This document shows positions 36,991-48,331 of a DNA stretch of 64,000 bases, piece after piece. Position numbers and translations under genes: made by a program. The stretch's first letter is position 1; the number at the start of each line of letters is the position of its first letter. Below the pieces are notes generated by a model. The model searched no databases, had not been told where the DNA came from, and saw only the letters and a program-made list of their open reading frames with translations. Source of the DNA: Macrostomum lignano (taxonomy: Eukaryota); assembly GCA_002269645.1 (NCBI GenBank), contig NIVC01001171.1, positions 1-64,000 of the forward strand, in the 5' to 3' direction.

Positions 36991-37495
36991 GAACAATTGA
37001 TTAAGTTTACTAACTAGACTTCCTGGGTCAAGTTGCATTCCGAAATGATCATTTTCTCCCAGTCTGTCCTCTTGGAGCGAGTTTGTGCGGAAGAGCTCGA
37101 GAAAACACAGGTCAGGTATAAAAGGAAATTAGTTCGAAATGAGTGAGTCTGAAGCGTGCAGTGGGGTAAGGCAGCTTCAGGTACGAACATCCAGTTTCTC
37201 AACCTTCTCTCCTTTACCTACTCAAACTATATGGCTTGACTTACAAGCTTTCACTCGCGTCCGGGATGCGAAAGTTGAGATGGATTGCGTTGAGCATTCA
37301 GAGACAGCAAAACAAACTCAGTGAGTGAGTGTGCTATGACGTGGCACAGTGCCCTACAGGCGAGTGTGTGAGTGAGTGTGTGTGTGCTTTCCCCAACCGG
37401 CAAGAGTCGCTTGCATGGGAGCATATATATGCATACAGACATGTATAAGGAAAAGGAAGAAAAATGAATTACAAAGAGGAAAGAGAGACGCGAAA

Positions 37496-37527
<32 letters not shown>

Positions 37528-38673
37528 AAGTGGGCGGAGACCCGGAGACCTCCATGCAGTTCGAGCACCGAGAGAGTGAGTGAGTGGGACTCAGACCCGT
37601 TCCTCTGGCAAACACTTCAGCTCACTTGAGCTATTCACTCTCCCGTTCTCTGTCTGCCTGATGGAATATTCTATGGCTGCGAGTCCCGTTCGTTTAAAGA
37701 CTCGAGAGACTCATTGGAGGCTACAGAATTGTGTAATTAACTATTAGCTACCTTCTCAGTAATTAATCTTATTTGCTGGCAACTGTGTATGTGCTGTTTT
37801 TGCTTTCAATTACCAAAGACAGCGCATAGTAGGGAATGCTAATATGCAGCTAATATGATCTGAGTGTCTATATACAAGATTCAGTGGTAGATTAAGTGAC
37901 TGGGATAATCCAATTTCTCTTTGGCAAAGAAGCAAGACAAGCAGAAGTTTCTCCCTGTGTGTGTTTGTTTGTGTTTTTATTTTGAAAAGAAGCAAGAAGG
38001 AACAGAAAACAAGCCAAACAGTCGCAGGAGCACGTAGACACAGAGTTCGAGTTCTCCCAGCCGAAGACAGGAAAAAGACGAATGGCATTCCGAGCGGAAA
38101 TGTTTTGTAATTAACGGGCCCGTCACGGTGGATGAAGGCCTGTCAGCGCGGAATCCCCAGCAGGATGCTGGGGATTTACTGCCGTGTCTTTTTGGGGTTT
38201 GCAATGGGCCTGTTCCCCCCTCTCCTCTGTGGCCTTTCTTAGCTCCTTTATTCGCTAACAGAATTCTCTTCCCAAACCCTCCGATCCCCGAGTCTGTGCT
38301 CCCAGATCGTTAGCCGTCAGCGAGGCCGTCAGCGAGGCTCATATCAATATGCAAGTCTGGAAGCCTCATCGCGCCCCGCCCCCCGCATGATGCCCTCGCG
38401 AGGGGGGAGTTATTTTGAGTCCGTTCCGAGTTCCGGGCTGCTGGGAGACGGGGACAGCACGTTGGCTGGCGTGGGAGTTTCTGATGGCCCAGTTTATTCC
38501 CACCCTGCCCCCTTCCTTCCCGTCATTGTCCAGTCTGTTGAGCACGATGTGAACTGCGAGCTCATCGATTGAGCATTGATAGCTGCTTGGGATCCTCAAA
38601 TGCAACTGGGGACACTTCTGTGATGTAAGCGGATTAGCAAAATGGAGGATGAAATGAGGGTGCAATCGTGAAT

Positions 38674-39807
38674 GGGAACGGGATCGGGAACGGGATCGGG
38701 AACGGGATCGGGAACGGGATCGGGAACGGGATCGGGAACGGGATCGGGAACGGGATCGGGAACGGGATCGGGAACGGGATCGGGAACGGGATCGGGAACG
38801 GGATCGGGAACGGGATCGGGAACGGGATCGGGAACGGGATCGGGAACGGGATCGGGAACGGGATCGGGAACGGGATCGGGAACGGGATCGGGAACGGGAT
38901 CGGGAACGGGATCGGGAACGGGATCGGGAACGGGATCGGGAACGGGATCGGGAACGGGATCGGGAACGGGATCGGGAACGGGATCGGGAACGGGATCGGG
39001 AACGGGATCGGGAACGGGATCGGGAACGGGATCGGGAACGGGATCGGGAACGGGATCGGGAACGGGATCGGGAACGGGATCGGGAACGGGATCGGGAACG
39101 GGATCGGGAACGGGATCGGGAACGGGATCGGGAACGGGATCGGGAACGGGATCGGGAACGGGATCGGGAACGGGAACGGGATCGGGAACGGGATCGGGAA
39201 CGGGATCGGGAACGGGAACGGGATCGGGAACGGGATCGGGAACGGGATCGGGAACGGGATCGGGAACGGGATCGGGAACGGGATCGGGAACGGGATCGGG
39301 AACGGGATCGGGAACGGGATCGGGAACGGGATCGGGAACGGGATCGGGAACGGGATCGGGAACGGGATCGGGAACGGGATCGGGAACGGGATCGGGAACG
39401 GGATCGGGAACGGGATCGGGAACGGGATCGGGAACGGGATCGGGAACGGGATCGGGAACGGGATCGGGAACGGGATCGGGAACGGGATCGGGAACGGGAT
39501 CGGGAACGGGATCGGGAACGGGATCGGGAACGGGATCGGGAACGGGATCGGGAACGGGATCGGGAACGGGATCGGGAACGGGATCGGGAACGGGATCGGG
39601 AACGGGATCGGGAACGGGATCGGGAACGGGATCGGGAACGGGATCGGGAACGGGATCGGGAACGGGATCGGGAACGGGATCGGGAACGGGATCGGGAACG
39701 GGATCGGGAACGGGATCGGGAACGGGATCGGGAACGGGATCGGGAACGGGATCGGGAACGGGATCGGGAACGGGATCGGGAACGGGATCGGGAACGGGAT
39801 CGGGAAC
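38674..39807. repeat. (GGGAACGGGATC)n satellite, about 94 nearly perfect copies
   Basis: 12-bp periodicity with only two 6-bp GGGAAC duplications. Confidence 0.98.
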
Positions 39808-40115
39808 TGGCAATGGGGTCGGTAATGAGAAAGCTACTGCATAGCAGCTGGCATTTGTTTATCTCCGAGACAGACCGACTAAAAAATGCTTTTCAAAATC
39901 GAATATATTGAAACAGAAAGATAATTAATAGCGCCGCAGATTGCTCAATCTCCCACGGGAATCGCTTTACACCAACAGGGAACTCCCCAAGTTCAAGAGA
40001 CCTGCCATGACGGGGGCGCTAACCCGGATGTGGGAGATTCTCTCGCCACGTCTCCCGCTTTGCTCTCCCCTCGCTCTTCATTCAGCATTCGGTGGCACGC
40101 AAAGGCGTCACAATG

Positions 40116-40117
<2 letters not shown>

Positions 40118-40169
<52 letters not shown>
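40118..40169. repeat. (GA)n microsatellite; others at 37502-37526 (GA), 40577-40608 (TG) and about 42700-42735 (CT)
   Basis: Seen directly. Confidence 0.95.
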
Positions 40170-40171
<2 letters not shown>

Positions 40172-40574
40172 CTTCGTTTGGGTTTTTGGTTTCAAGTTTT
40201 CGCCAGCCTCGCCTCGCCGCCCCAGCCCTCCCACACACAGCACAGCACAACACAAGGTTTTTATCAAATTTCTCCAGAGCCGATCGTCAAAGATCTCGAA
40301 ATGAAAGGCGGGCGAGAGGCCCCTTCGCACCTTATGGTTTGAATTGTAGGGGAACCGCCTCCCCCAGTTCCAGGTGTCTGCGCCCCGCCCACCCGGCCTC
40401 GTGCTCGGGTGCAGAAGAGGCTCGCAATCCAAGCTCTCCAGGTGCGTTTGCTAGGCCTGCAAAGTTTTGCTCCATAATTTATGACCGCCAGGTTATTGCT
40501 CCTGGCGACGGCGAGGGCGGTAGTGGCCCTAAATCATATTTCTCAATGCTTTTCATTGCTTGTTTTTTGGGATG

Positions 40575-40610
<36 letters not shown>

Positions 40611-42064
40611 CTCCTTCAGGCTGCTCTTCGCTGTGATGACTGACTGCTCACAGCTATAATAAATGCATTCTATACCACAACTGTCAATCAATCTATGCAA
40701 AGTCAATATTTTATTTAAAATGCTTTTGCCCGTCAAAAATCAATATTGGCCCCTGAGCCCATGACTGAGGGCTTATACCGGTAGGCTTATACCTCTATTA
40801 AAAAACATAGAGATTCATTTTATCAAAAAATGACGCAATCTAGTTCCCTGTACCAAAACCAGCGGAACCGGAAGTGTGACGCAACCGTGCTCTTAATTAA
40901 CCTGGCTTATGCGGTCGGACTGCTCAATTATTTTGCCCCAGATGAGGGTAAATATTCAGACAGTCAGGTGCGCCGCTTTTAATTAATTGCTCTCGAATTG
41001 CTCCTGGAAAAGACGATGACTTCCGGGTTTTTAACTGCATAGAAGGCAGGCGGCAGCTGAGTCGGTAACAATAACTTCAGGAGGGCTGCGGCCCAAATCG
41101 TCAGGGCATGCATCAAGAGTCGTCTCACCTTCTGCTAGCTGGGCAAACATCCTGCGGTTTCCGGTAATTCAAAAACTGTTTGCTCAAAGCAAACTGTTGA
41201 TGATTAAAAAAATGGTTATTTGAACAGTAGTTGCCAGACACATTAATAAGTATTGGCACAGATTAACAACTGACACAGTATACAGTATTCTGTTAAAGCT
41301 TATAGCTGTTCCACTGCCTCGCCTGTTTGTCTTTAATCGCAGAAATGGTCATGCCACATTTTCCTACACAGCATTGCTCTGCTCTTTCCCCTCCAATTCA
41401 AGAGGCTGTGTTTATTTAACTCTCGTGTTTCTGGTGGACACAGCATCCAGATGCAGCTGAGAGGCTGGCCAATTAGCAAAACTGCTAAAACGCGACAAGA
41501 GAGGCTGCCCACCGCAATTCCCTCACACTGAGACAAGTGTGTGCGGGCCAGCGCCACTTCACCCCGCGCCCCTTGTTTCCAGGAAACGGCTTGTCCTCCG
41601 GGAATTCCCAGCGGACCCAAGCCGGACAGCGTCTTCGAAGGTTTCTTCGAAATCTTTCTGCTCCACCGACCGCTTGCTGTTGTTGTAAATTGAGAGCAGA
41701 ATTGAGGGAGGGACATGAGGGGTGAGAACTGTGGGTGGAGTGCTTCCTTCCCGCCACTCTAATTGGCAAAAGGGTCCCGTATTGACGCTGCCATCATCAG
41801 AGGCAGAGCCAATTATTACCAATTCGAGTAGTATAGGATAGATAAGAGAATATCCTCTCGCTAAGCTTCCTGCTGTGAATGGACAGACGGAGCAGGAGTG
41901 GAACTGGGGACAGAGGGGCAGTCCTGAGGGGATTTCAAAACAGCGCCTGAAGCGATGCATGCAGATACTTGTTATCAACAGATTCAGACTTTGGTGTGGC
42001 CGGGACAGGTTCCGGTACAGCTGCAGTACCGCGTGGCCATTCAGAAGCAGCTGAGCACAAAATC

Positions 42065-42500
42065 AGCACTCTCAAACCGGCACTCTCAAATTGGCACTCT
42101 CAAATTGGCACTCTCAAATCGGCACTCTCAGATCGGCACTCTCAGATCGGCACTCTCAGATCGGCACTCTAAAATTGGCACTCTCAGATTGGCACTCTCA
42201 AATCGGCACTCTCAAATCGGCACTCTCAAATTGGCACTCTCAAATCGGCACTCTCAAATCGGCACTCTCAAATTGGCACTCTCAAATCGGCACTCTCAAT
42301 TCGGCACTCTCAAATCGACACTCTCAAATTGGCACTCTCAAATTGGCACTCTCAAATTGGCACTCTCAAATCGGCACTCTCAAATCGGCACTCTCAGATC
42401 GGCACTCTCAGATCGGCACTCTAAAATCGGCACTTTCAGATCGGCACTCTCAAATCGGCACTCTCAGATCGGCACTCTCAGATTGGCACTCTCAAATCGG
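42065..42500. repeat. 14-bp minisatellite (GGCACTCTCAAATT/C)
   Basis: Direct periodicity. Confidence 0.93.
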
Positions 42501-42696
42501 CACCTTCCAGAGTCACAAACACAAAAAATAAAACATGCCAGACAGCTTAGTCTTACTTGTTCGATTTTTAAAGGCATTTGCCACTCAATAGTTAGTTGGC
42601 CATTCTCAGTTATAATTGTTATTTCATTATTATTTGCATTTCTTGTTCAAGTACACCTTCGCTACTCCATCGTAGGGATTTGAAGTTATCTAATTG

Positions 42697-42738
<42 letters not shown>

Positions 42739-42964
42739 GTGTTACGGTGACACAGTGAATGAAGTCTAAATAAGTCTAAACACGACAGGGCGCAAAGAGT
42801 GAGTTCACGGGTGTTGACCTACTTTCAATTACAATAACTCGCCTCCGAACCCATAATTTCACACTATATGATAGAAAATCATTATTTTAAACTTACGTAT
42901 ATCAAAGCTGTATCTTCAGTAACAACCTCGCTAAACAAGCTCCCTAATACAGCAAACAGCGACT

Positions 42965-43000
42965 CGATTCTAATTGGCTGCACTGCCCAGCCAATGAGAG
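42965..43000 (+). promoter_or_regulatory. Paired CCAAT boxes about 150 bp upstream of the neprilysin-like ATG
   Basis: TAATTGGCTG and CAGCCAATGAG in opposite orientation. Confidence 0.4.
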
Positions 43001-43140
43001 AGGCCGTAGCGCCCTTGGCCAACAACAATCCGCAATTGTTGAAGTAAAGAAGACGCAAAGCGGCCACTCGGCAGCCGGGCCCAAGTTCTCATCATCTGTC
43101 AATCGCACTCGATAGGAACCCCATTAGCAATCGCTCAGAC

Positions 43141-45537
43141 ATGCCATCCCTGCACCAGATTGACTCCGGAAACGGCGCCAACGGTTCGAAGCATCGGGTG
43201 CACGACGACGGCGGCGCGGCAGCGACTTCCGCGTCCGGCAGCGGCAGCACTGAGGAGCCATCCGGCGACTCCGAGGCCTGCCTGCCGCGGGTGAAGCTCG
43301 CCACCAACGGCGCTGGAGTTGGCAACGGCAACGACGACGGTGTAACAACCCGGAGAAGCCGGTGCAGCGCCCGGACCTGCATCCTGACGGCGGCGGTGAT
43401 CATTCTGGCGGGTGGCCTGGCCGCCCTCTGCGTCCTGTACTTCGTGGTTGGACCTGCGCGCGGCTTCAGCTTCGGCTTTGGCGGCGCTGGCGATGGCGGC
43501 GCCAAGGGAGGCGCCGCGGCCAGCAGCCAAATCGGAGCCGAGGGCTGCGCCGTGGTTGTCGCCGCTGCCGGCGCGATGTCGGGCCCGGAGATGGCGGCCG
43601 CCACGGCCTTCATGCGGCCCGGCGAGTCACCCTGCCGCAGCTTCTACCGGCACGCCTGCGGCGGATTCGCCGACGGTGCCGCCGGCGGTGTCGCCCTGCC
43701 CTGGACTGGAGACCGGGTCCGGCGCCAGGTTGGCGCCATCGACTTGGCCGGCCGGCGCATCCGGGAATCGCTGCTGGAGTCGCTGCTGCTACCAAAAGAG
43801 CTGCTGGCCGGTCCCGGCGCCGCCAGCTGGAAGTCCGCGGTCGGCAATCTGACTTTGGCCTGCTCGCGCCAGCTGGCGCCGCTGACAGCCAAAGAGCTGC
43901 GCGCCGTTTTCGCCGACCGGCGCCGATTCGCCCAGACCGCCCTGCTGGCCAGCCGCTCTGCCGCCTGGGGTGTCGCCGACTCGCCGGAGAAGGTGCTCGC
44001 CCAGTTCGCCTCGCACGGCCTGCCCGTAGCCTTCGAAGTCTCTCCGCAGGTGGCGCAGCCGGCGCCCGTGACGGCCGGCCACCTGCCGCTGTGCTTGCGG
44101 CCGGTTCGCCCCGCCCTGCCGCCGATGCCGCGCGACCGGATGCACCGCCTGATCGCCGCCGCTTTCGAAGCGATGGGCCGCGGCGTGCCGTTTCTCATCG
44201 CCGGGAAGATCCTGGCGCTGCACAACGGCCTGCACGAGATCCTTCGAAGCGCTGATGTGGCCGACGCCAGCTCAGCGCAGTTCGAGATGCGGCCAATTGC
44301 AGCTCTGCACGCCCTGTTTCCTAATGGCCGTTTCGGCTGGGAGGCCTTCCTGGCCGAGCTGCTGGCCGGCGGCGCCGAAGGCGGCCCGACAGCTTCGAAT
44401 GTGGCCGGCTACTCCTCGGCCTGTCTCAGCGGGGAGCGGACAGTGACGGAGGCGGTCAGGCTGGCGGCCAGCCAGGACCCGGACACCCTCATCGGCTACG
44501 CGCTGATTAACGCTCTGGCCGGGCTGCGGCCCCACATCGGACACCTGCTGCCGCCGAAGCTGCTGCAACTTCTGACCGTCGCCACCACATCCGAAGACGT
44601 CGCGCTCGACAAGCTGTCGAAACCATCGCAAGTTCCCGACGTCTGCTTGGACACCGCGCTAGCGCTGTTTCCACGAGTTGTGCACCGCGTCCTGGCCGAC
44701 AAGCACCCGCTGGGCTCGGCCGAGGGCCTCACGCGCCGAGTGCGGGCCGCCTTGGTTGGCCTCGGGGTCAAGAGCAACGTTGAGGACCTGGCGCTGGACC
44801 CATACCTGACCGGTGGCGGTGCCAGCGCCTACAGTGACGCCGCACTGTCGGCTCTGCACAGCGACCTGAGCCTGCCGGAACCGGAAGAGGGCTACCCAGC
44901 CGCTCTGCTGTCGGCCATGCGCCACGCCTTTCTGGCGCCGCTGCGGGCCGCCCTGCGCGGTCACTCGATAGCGCCGCTTCCATCGTCCAGCGAGCCGCTG
45001 CTCCTGGCGCGCGACCTGTCGCCGACGGCTTCCGAGACGCCGGTTTTCGACAGCCGCCTGCCGCTGCATTTCTACCTGGCCGCGCTGGACGGCGCCCAGT
45101 TCTCCCTGCTGCTGGCGCGTCAGCTGATGCCGCCGAGGCCGCGCCCGCCGAAGCCGGAGCTGCTAGCTCTGCACGGCTGCCCGGGCATGGACTCTGCTAT
45201 TGCTGCCCGTCTGGCGACGCTGCGGGTCAGCTTCAAGGCGGCTCTGACCGCTGCGACGGCGTCGTCTGCGACATCGGAGTCGAGTGCGGCTGACTGGCGC
45301 AGAGGATTCTACCTGCGCGCCGGGCAGCTGCTCTGCCAGCGGTTCGCTTCGCCCGCCGAGGCCGACGGAGCTGCTGCCGCGGTCGACTGGGCCATCGGTG
45401 GCCTGCCGGATTTCCGGCGCGTCTTCCAGTGCGGCCTGGAGGCTGAGCCGACGGCCGGAGAGGCGGTGGACCGTCGGAGGGGCTGCCCGAGAGTCCCTGA
45501 TGGCGGCTCTTGGGCCGTTGGTGCAACTGCCGCCTGA
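43141..45537 (+). CDS. Intronless type II membrane neprilysin (M13)-like protein, 798 aa, predicted catalytically inactive
   Basis: N-terminal TM ILTAAVIILAGGLAALCVLYFVV; M13 signature MRPGESPCRSFYRHACGGF; C-terminal FYLRAGQLLC and GLPDFRRVFQCG. No HExxH in the protein. Confidence 0.85.
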   Translation: MPSLHQIDSGNGANGSKHRVHDDGGAAATSASGSGSTEEPSGDSEACLPRVKLATNGAGVGNGNDDGVTTRRSRCSARTCILTAAVIILAGGLAALCVLYFVVGPARGFSFGFGGAGDGGAKGGAAASSQIGAEGCAVVVAAAGAMSGPEMAAATAFMRPGESPCRSFYRHACGGFADGAAGGVALPWTGDRVRRQVGAIDLAGRRIRESLLESLLLPKELLAGPGAASWKSAVGNLTLACSRQLAPLTAKELRAVFADRRRFAQTALLASRSAAWGVADSPEKVLAQFASHGLPVAFEVSPQVAQPAPVTAGHLPLCLRPVRPALPPMPRDRMHRLIAAAFEAMGRGVPFLIAGKILALHNGLHEILRSADVADASSAQFEMRPIAALHALFPNGRFGWEAFLAELLAGGAEGGPTASNVAGYSSACLSGERTVTEAVRLAASQDPDTLIGYALINALAGLRPHIGHLLPPKLLQLLTVATTSEDVALDKLSKPSQVPDVCLDTALALFPRVVHRVLADKHPLGSAEGLTRRVRAALVGLGVKSNVEDLALDPYLTGGGASAYSDAALSALHSDLSLPEPEEGYPAALLSAMRHAFLAPLRAALRGHSIAPLPSSSEPLLLARDLSPTASETPVFDSRLPLHFYLAALDGAQFSLLLARQLMPPRPRPPKPELLALHGCPGMDSAIAARLATLRVSFKAALTAATASSATSESSAADWRRGFYLRAGQLLCQRFASPAEADGAAAAVDWAIGGLPDFRRVFQCGLEAEPTAGEAVDRRRGCPRVPDGGSWAVGATAA

Positions 45538-45624
45538 ATTTGAGAACTTTTATTGATTGAAGCTTTGAGTAACAGCTGCGGAATCCCAAGTATCTGAATT
45601 GTTTCTGAAGTGTGTCTGCAAGCG

Positions 45625-45985
45625 TCAGTGAGATTTGTCTGTGAGTGTCTCTGAGGTGTCTGTGAGTGTCTCTGAGATGTGTCTGTGAGTGTCACTGAGA
45701 TGTGTCTGTGAGTGTCACTGAGATGTGTCTGTGAATATCACTGAGATGTGTCTGTGAGTGTCACTGAGATGTGTCTGTGAGTGTCACTGAGTGTGTCTGT
45801 GGGTGTCACTGAGGTGTGTCTGTGAGTGTCACTGAGGTGTGTCTGTGAGTGTCACTGAGGTGTGTCTGTGGGTGTCACTGAGGTGTCTGTGAGTGTCACT
45901 AAGGTGTGTCTGTGAGTGTTACTGAGGTGTGTCTGTGGGTGTCACTGAGGTGTCTGTGGGTGTCACTGAGGTGTCTGTGTGTGTC
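45625..45985. repeat. 23-bp minisatellite (GTGTCTGTGAGTGTCACTGAGAT)
   Basis: Direct periodicity. Confidence 0.92.
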
Positions 45986-46579
45986 ACCAAGATGATCGGT
46001 TCTGCACTGCTTATGTTAGTGAAATATTTTATTAGCTAAAATTAATGTCGTATTTCTATTAAGATACTCAAGTACAGACAATTCTATGTTGATGTTTTCA
46101 TCTTGTCGTTTTATTACTTAAACGGCATTGATTTTTTGGAAACAGTTTTAGCTTCTAAAAAGCACCGCTTGCGAGTACGATTGATTAAAAGACGATAGTT
46201 TTGTAGACTTTGAAAGTGTCGATAATTTTACCATTTCTTTTTGTCTTTTTTACCTTACTAAGTTTTCCCTGCAAATGTGAAATATTGTTAGTTCTTGCAG
46301 TCTATTATTAATATTTACATTAATAGTTCAATTTTACAAATCAAAATTGACTGCAAGGAAATTTCTGAAAGCTATTCGCTCTTATATAAGCCGTTGTCCT
46401 CATCAACCCCATGAAATTCACCTGTAACATTATGCATACGTTAATGTGTTGTTATTGAATAATAAAAATTGAAAAACGAACAGTTGACTTTCGAATCGCT
46501 TTTGATTTTATTTCGAATCGAAAACTGAAATGCTGGTTTGTGTCAAAGGGACCAATGTTTGCAGGAAAAGTTATTGGTT

Positions 46580-47055
46580 AGTTGTAGAGAGTTATAGAGG
46601 TGTGTCAGTAGAGAGTTATAGAGGTGTGTCAGTAGAGAGTTATAGAGGTGTGTCAGTAGATTCCTAGAGATCTATCAGTGCAGAGTCATAGAGATGTGTC
46701 AGTAGAGAGTCATAGACATGAGAGGGTAGACAGTCTTAGAGATTAGGTGGTAGACAGCCTTAGAGATTAGGCGGTAGACAGCCTTAGAGATGAGGCGGTA
46801 GACAGCCTTAGAGATTAGGCGGTAGACAGCCTTAGTGATCAGGCGGTAGACAGCCTTAGAGATGAGGCGGTAGACAGCCTTAGTGATCAGGCGGTAGACA
46901 GCCTTAGTGATCAGGCGGTAGACAGCCTTAGAGATGAGGCGGTAGACAGCCTTAGAGATGAGGCGGTAGACAGCCTTAGAGATTAGGCGGTAGACAGCCT
47001 TAGAGAGATTAGGCGGTAGACAGACTTAGGGATGAGGCGGTAGACAGCCTCAGAG
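46580..47055. repeat. 24-bp minisatellite (GGCGGTAGACAGCCTTAGAGATGA) with related units to its left
   Basis: Direct periodicity. Confidence 0.9.
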
Positions 47056-47915
47056 ATTTGACAATGCATACCATTGGTCTTGTAAATTATCCAGCAGCTT
47101 GTGCAGATGAACCCGCTGATGAGCCAAGGGTTGGCAGCATATCATTTCAAGCAATTCCATGGTGGCTGATATATTCCCAATGGGATATTTCTCCTCAAAG
47201 CTACTCTTCAATATATCATTCCCTGACTCAATCAGCTTCCTACTCGTTCAGAACCTGTTCTCAACAGTCTCGCTAATGCAGAGTAAGGTGAACAACTGCC
47301 ACCATGCACCCCAACTTGGAAGACTCAAAAACGACACATCGCGACCGACTCCAAGTCTCAATGCGACTGACTCTGCCACGAGATGCGGGCGAGTTTCCAC
47401 TGGGAAAAGAATGAAGTCATAGAACAGTCTGATTGATGAAGCTTTAGTAAGCTGGGAGTCTCTGTCTAACTAAGCTAGATATTTTTCTTTCCCGGCTTCG
47501 CTTGGATAATGACGGGGTCAAAGGGCGAAGTTCATATATCTATATAAAACTTTAAATCAAAGTCGTGAGCCTTTCCCTTCTTCAAAGCCTTCCCGTCTAT
47601 TTCATGCATAAATTCCGCAATGGTCCCATATGCATTGGCTTGCCCGAGTTGACTAATTGGGCGGCTTACCCCCCCCCCCACTCTTTCTATTCGAGCCGAG
47701 CCTATATATCTCAATTAAAGCCTAAGATTTGTGCATATTTTATCATTTTCTGGCGCAAAAAATGCTCAGGCTGCTAGCAATAGCTTTGAGCTGCAAAAGT
47801 TTTTTAGCTGACTCATTATGCTTGATTGATTTGAAAGTTTTTAAACTCCCCAGCTTTCTCCATCCTTGAGACTGCGACTATTCTAGTCTAGTTTGATCTA
47901 GTCTCTACTCTAGAG

Positions 47916-48050
47916 GGGGGTTCTAGCATAGTGGTTACAGCTTCGGACTTACGACGGAAAGGTCGGGGGTTCGATTCTCGAATCACACGGAACAAGTTGT
48001 GACCTTGAGCAAGGACACATTTTCTCTCTTTCCCAGCTCTCTCCAGTCCC
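47916..48050 (+). mobile_element. tRNA-derived SINE with a CORE-like body
   Basis: A box TAGCATAGTGG and B box GGTTCGATTC, followed by GTTGTGACCTTGAGCAAGG, which resembles CORE-type SINE sequence. Confidence 0.65.
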
Positions 48051-48331
48051 CTCCGAGCCCAACCATCCTCGACCACTGCTTTTCCAACACCAGCGCCAAG
48101 TTGCGAATAAATAAAGTACACGACCAGTGTGGGTGTGGCTTTCCATCACATTGCTTGGCTTTTGCAGTCCATGGCCCATAGACTACGGCAAGACGCAGGC
48201 AAGGCCCCTCGAACGCGGCGTATGGAGGATACTCAGTTTGGCTGGCTTTATTCTCAATCAGGCTGTCAAAAGCTATACTAAAATACGATAATATATGCTA
48301 CATAAACAAGTTTAGCAAACTTCTCGGAGCG

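Noticed and set aside
38596-39844. (PDPV)n, (GNGI)n and (GTGS)n ORFs resembling antifreeze or silk-like proteins
   Set aside because: A 12-bp unit without stop codons is open in several frames, and there is no synonymous variation, so this is a satellite.
43092-45695. Many antisense and alternate-frame ORFs over the neprilysin-like gene, and similar ones over TRAIP
   Set aside because: These are expected shadow ORFs of very GC-rich coding sequence.
47916-47990. Possible functional tRNA gene
   Set aside because: The acceptor and anticodon stems pair poorly and the sequence runs into a SINE-like body.
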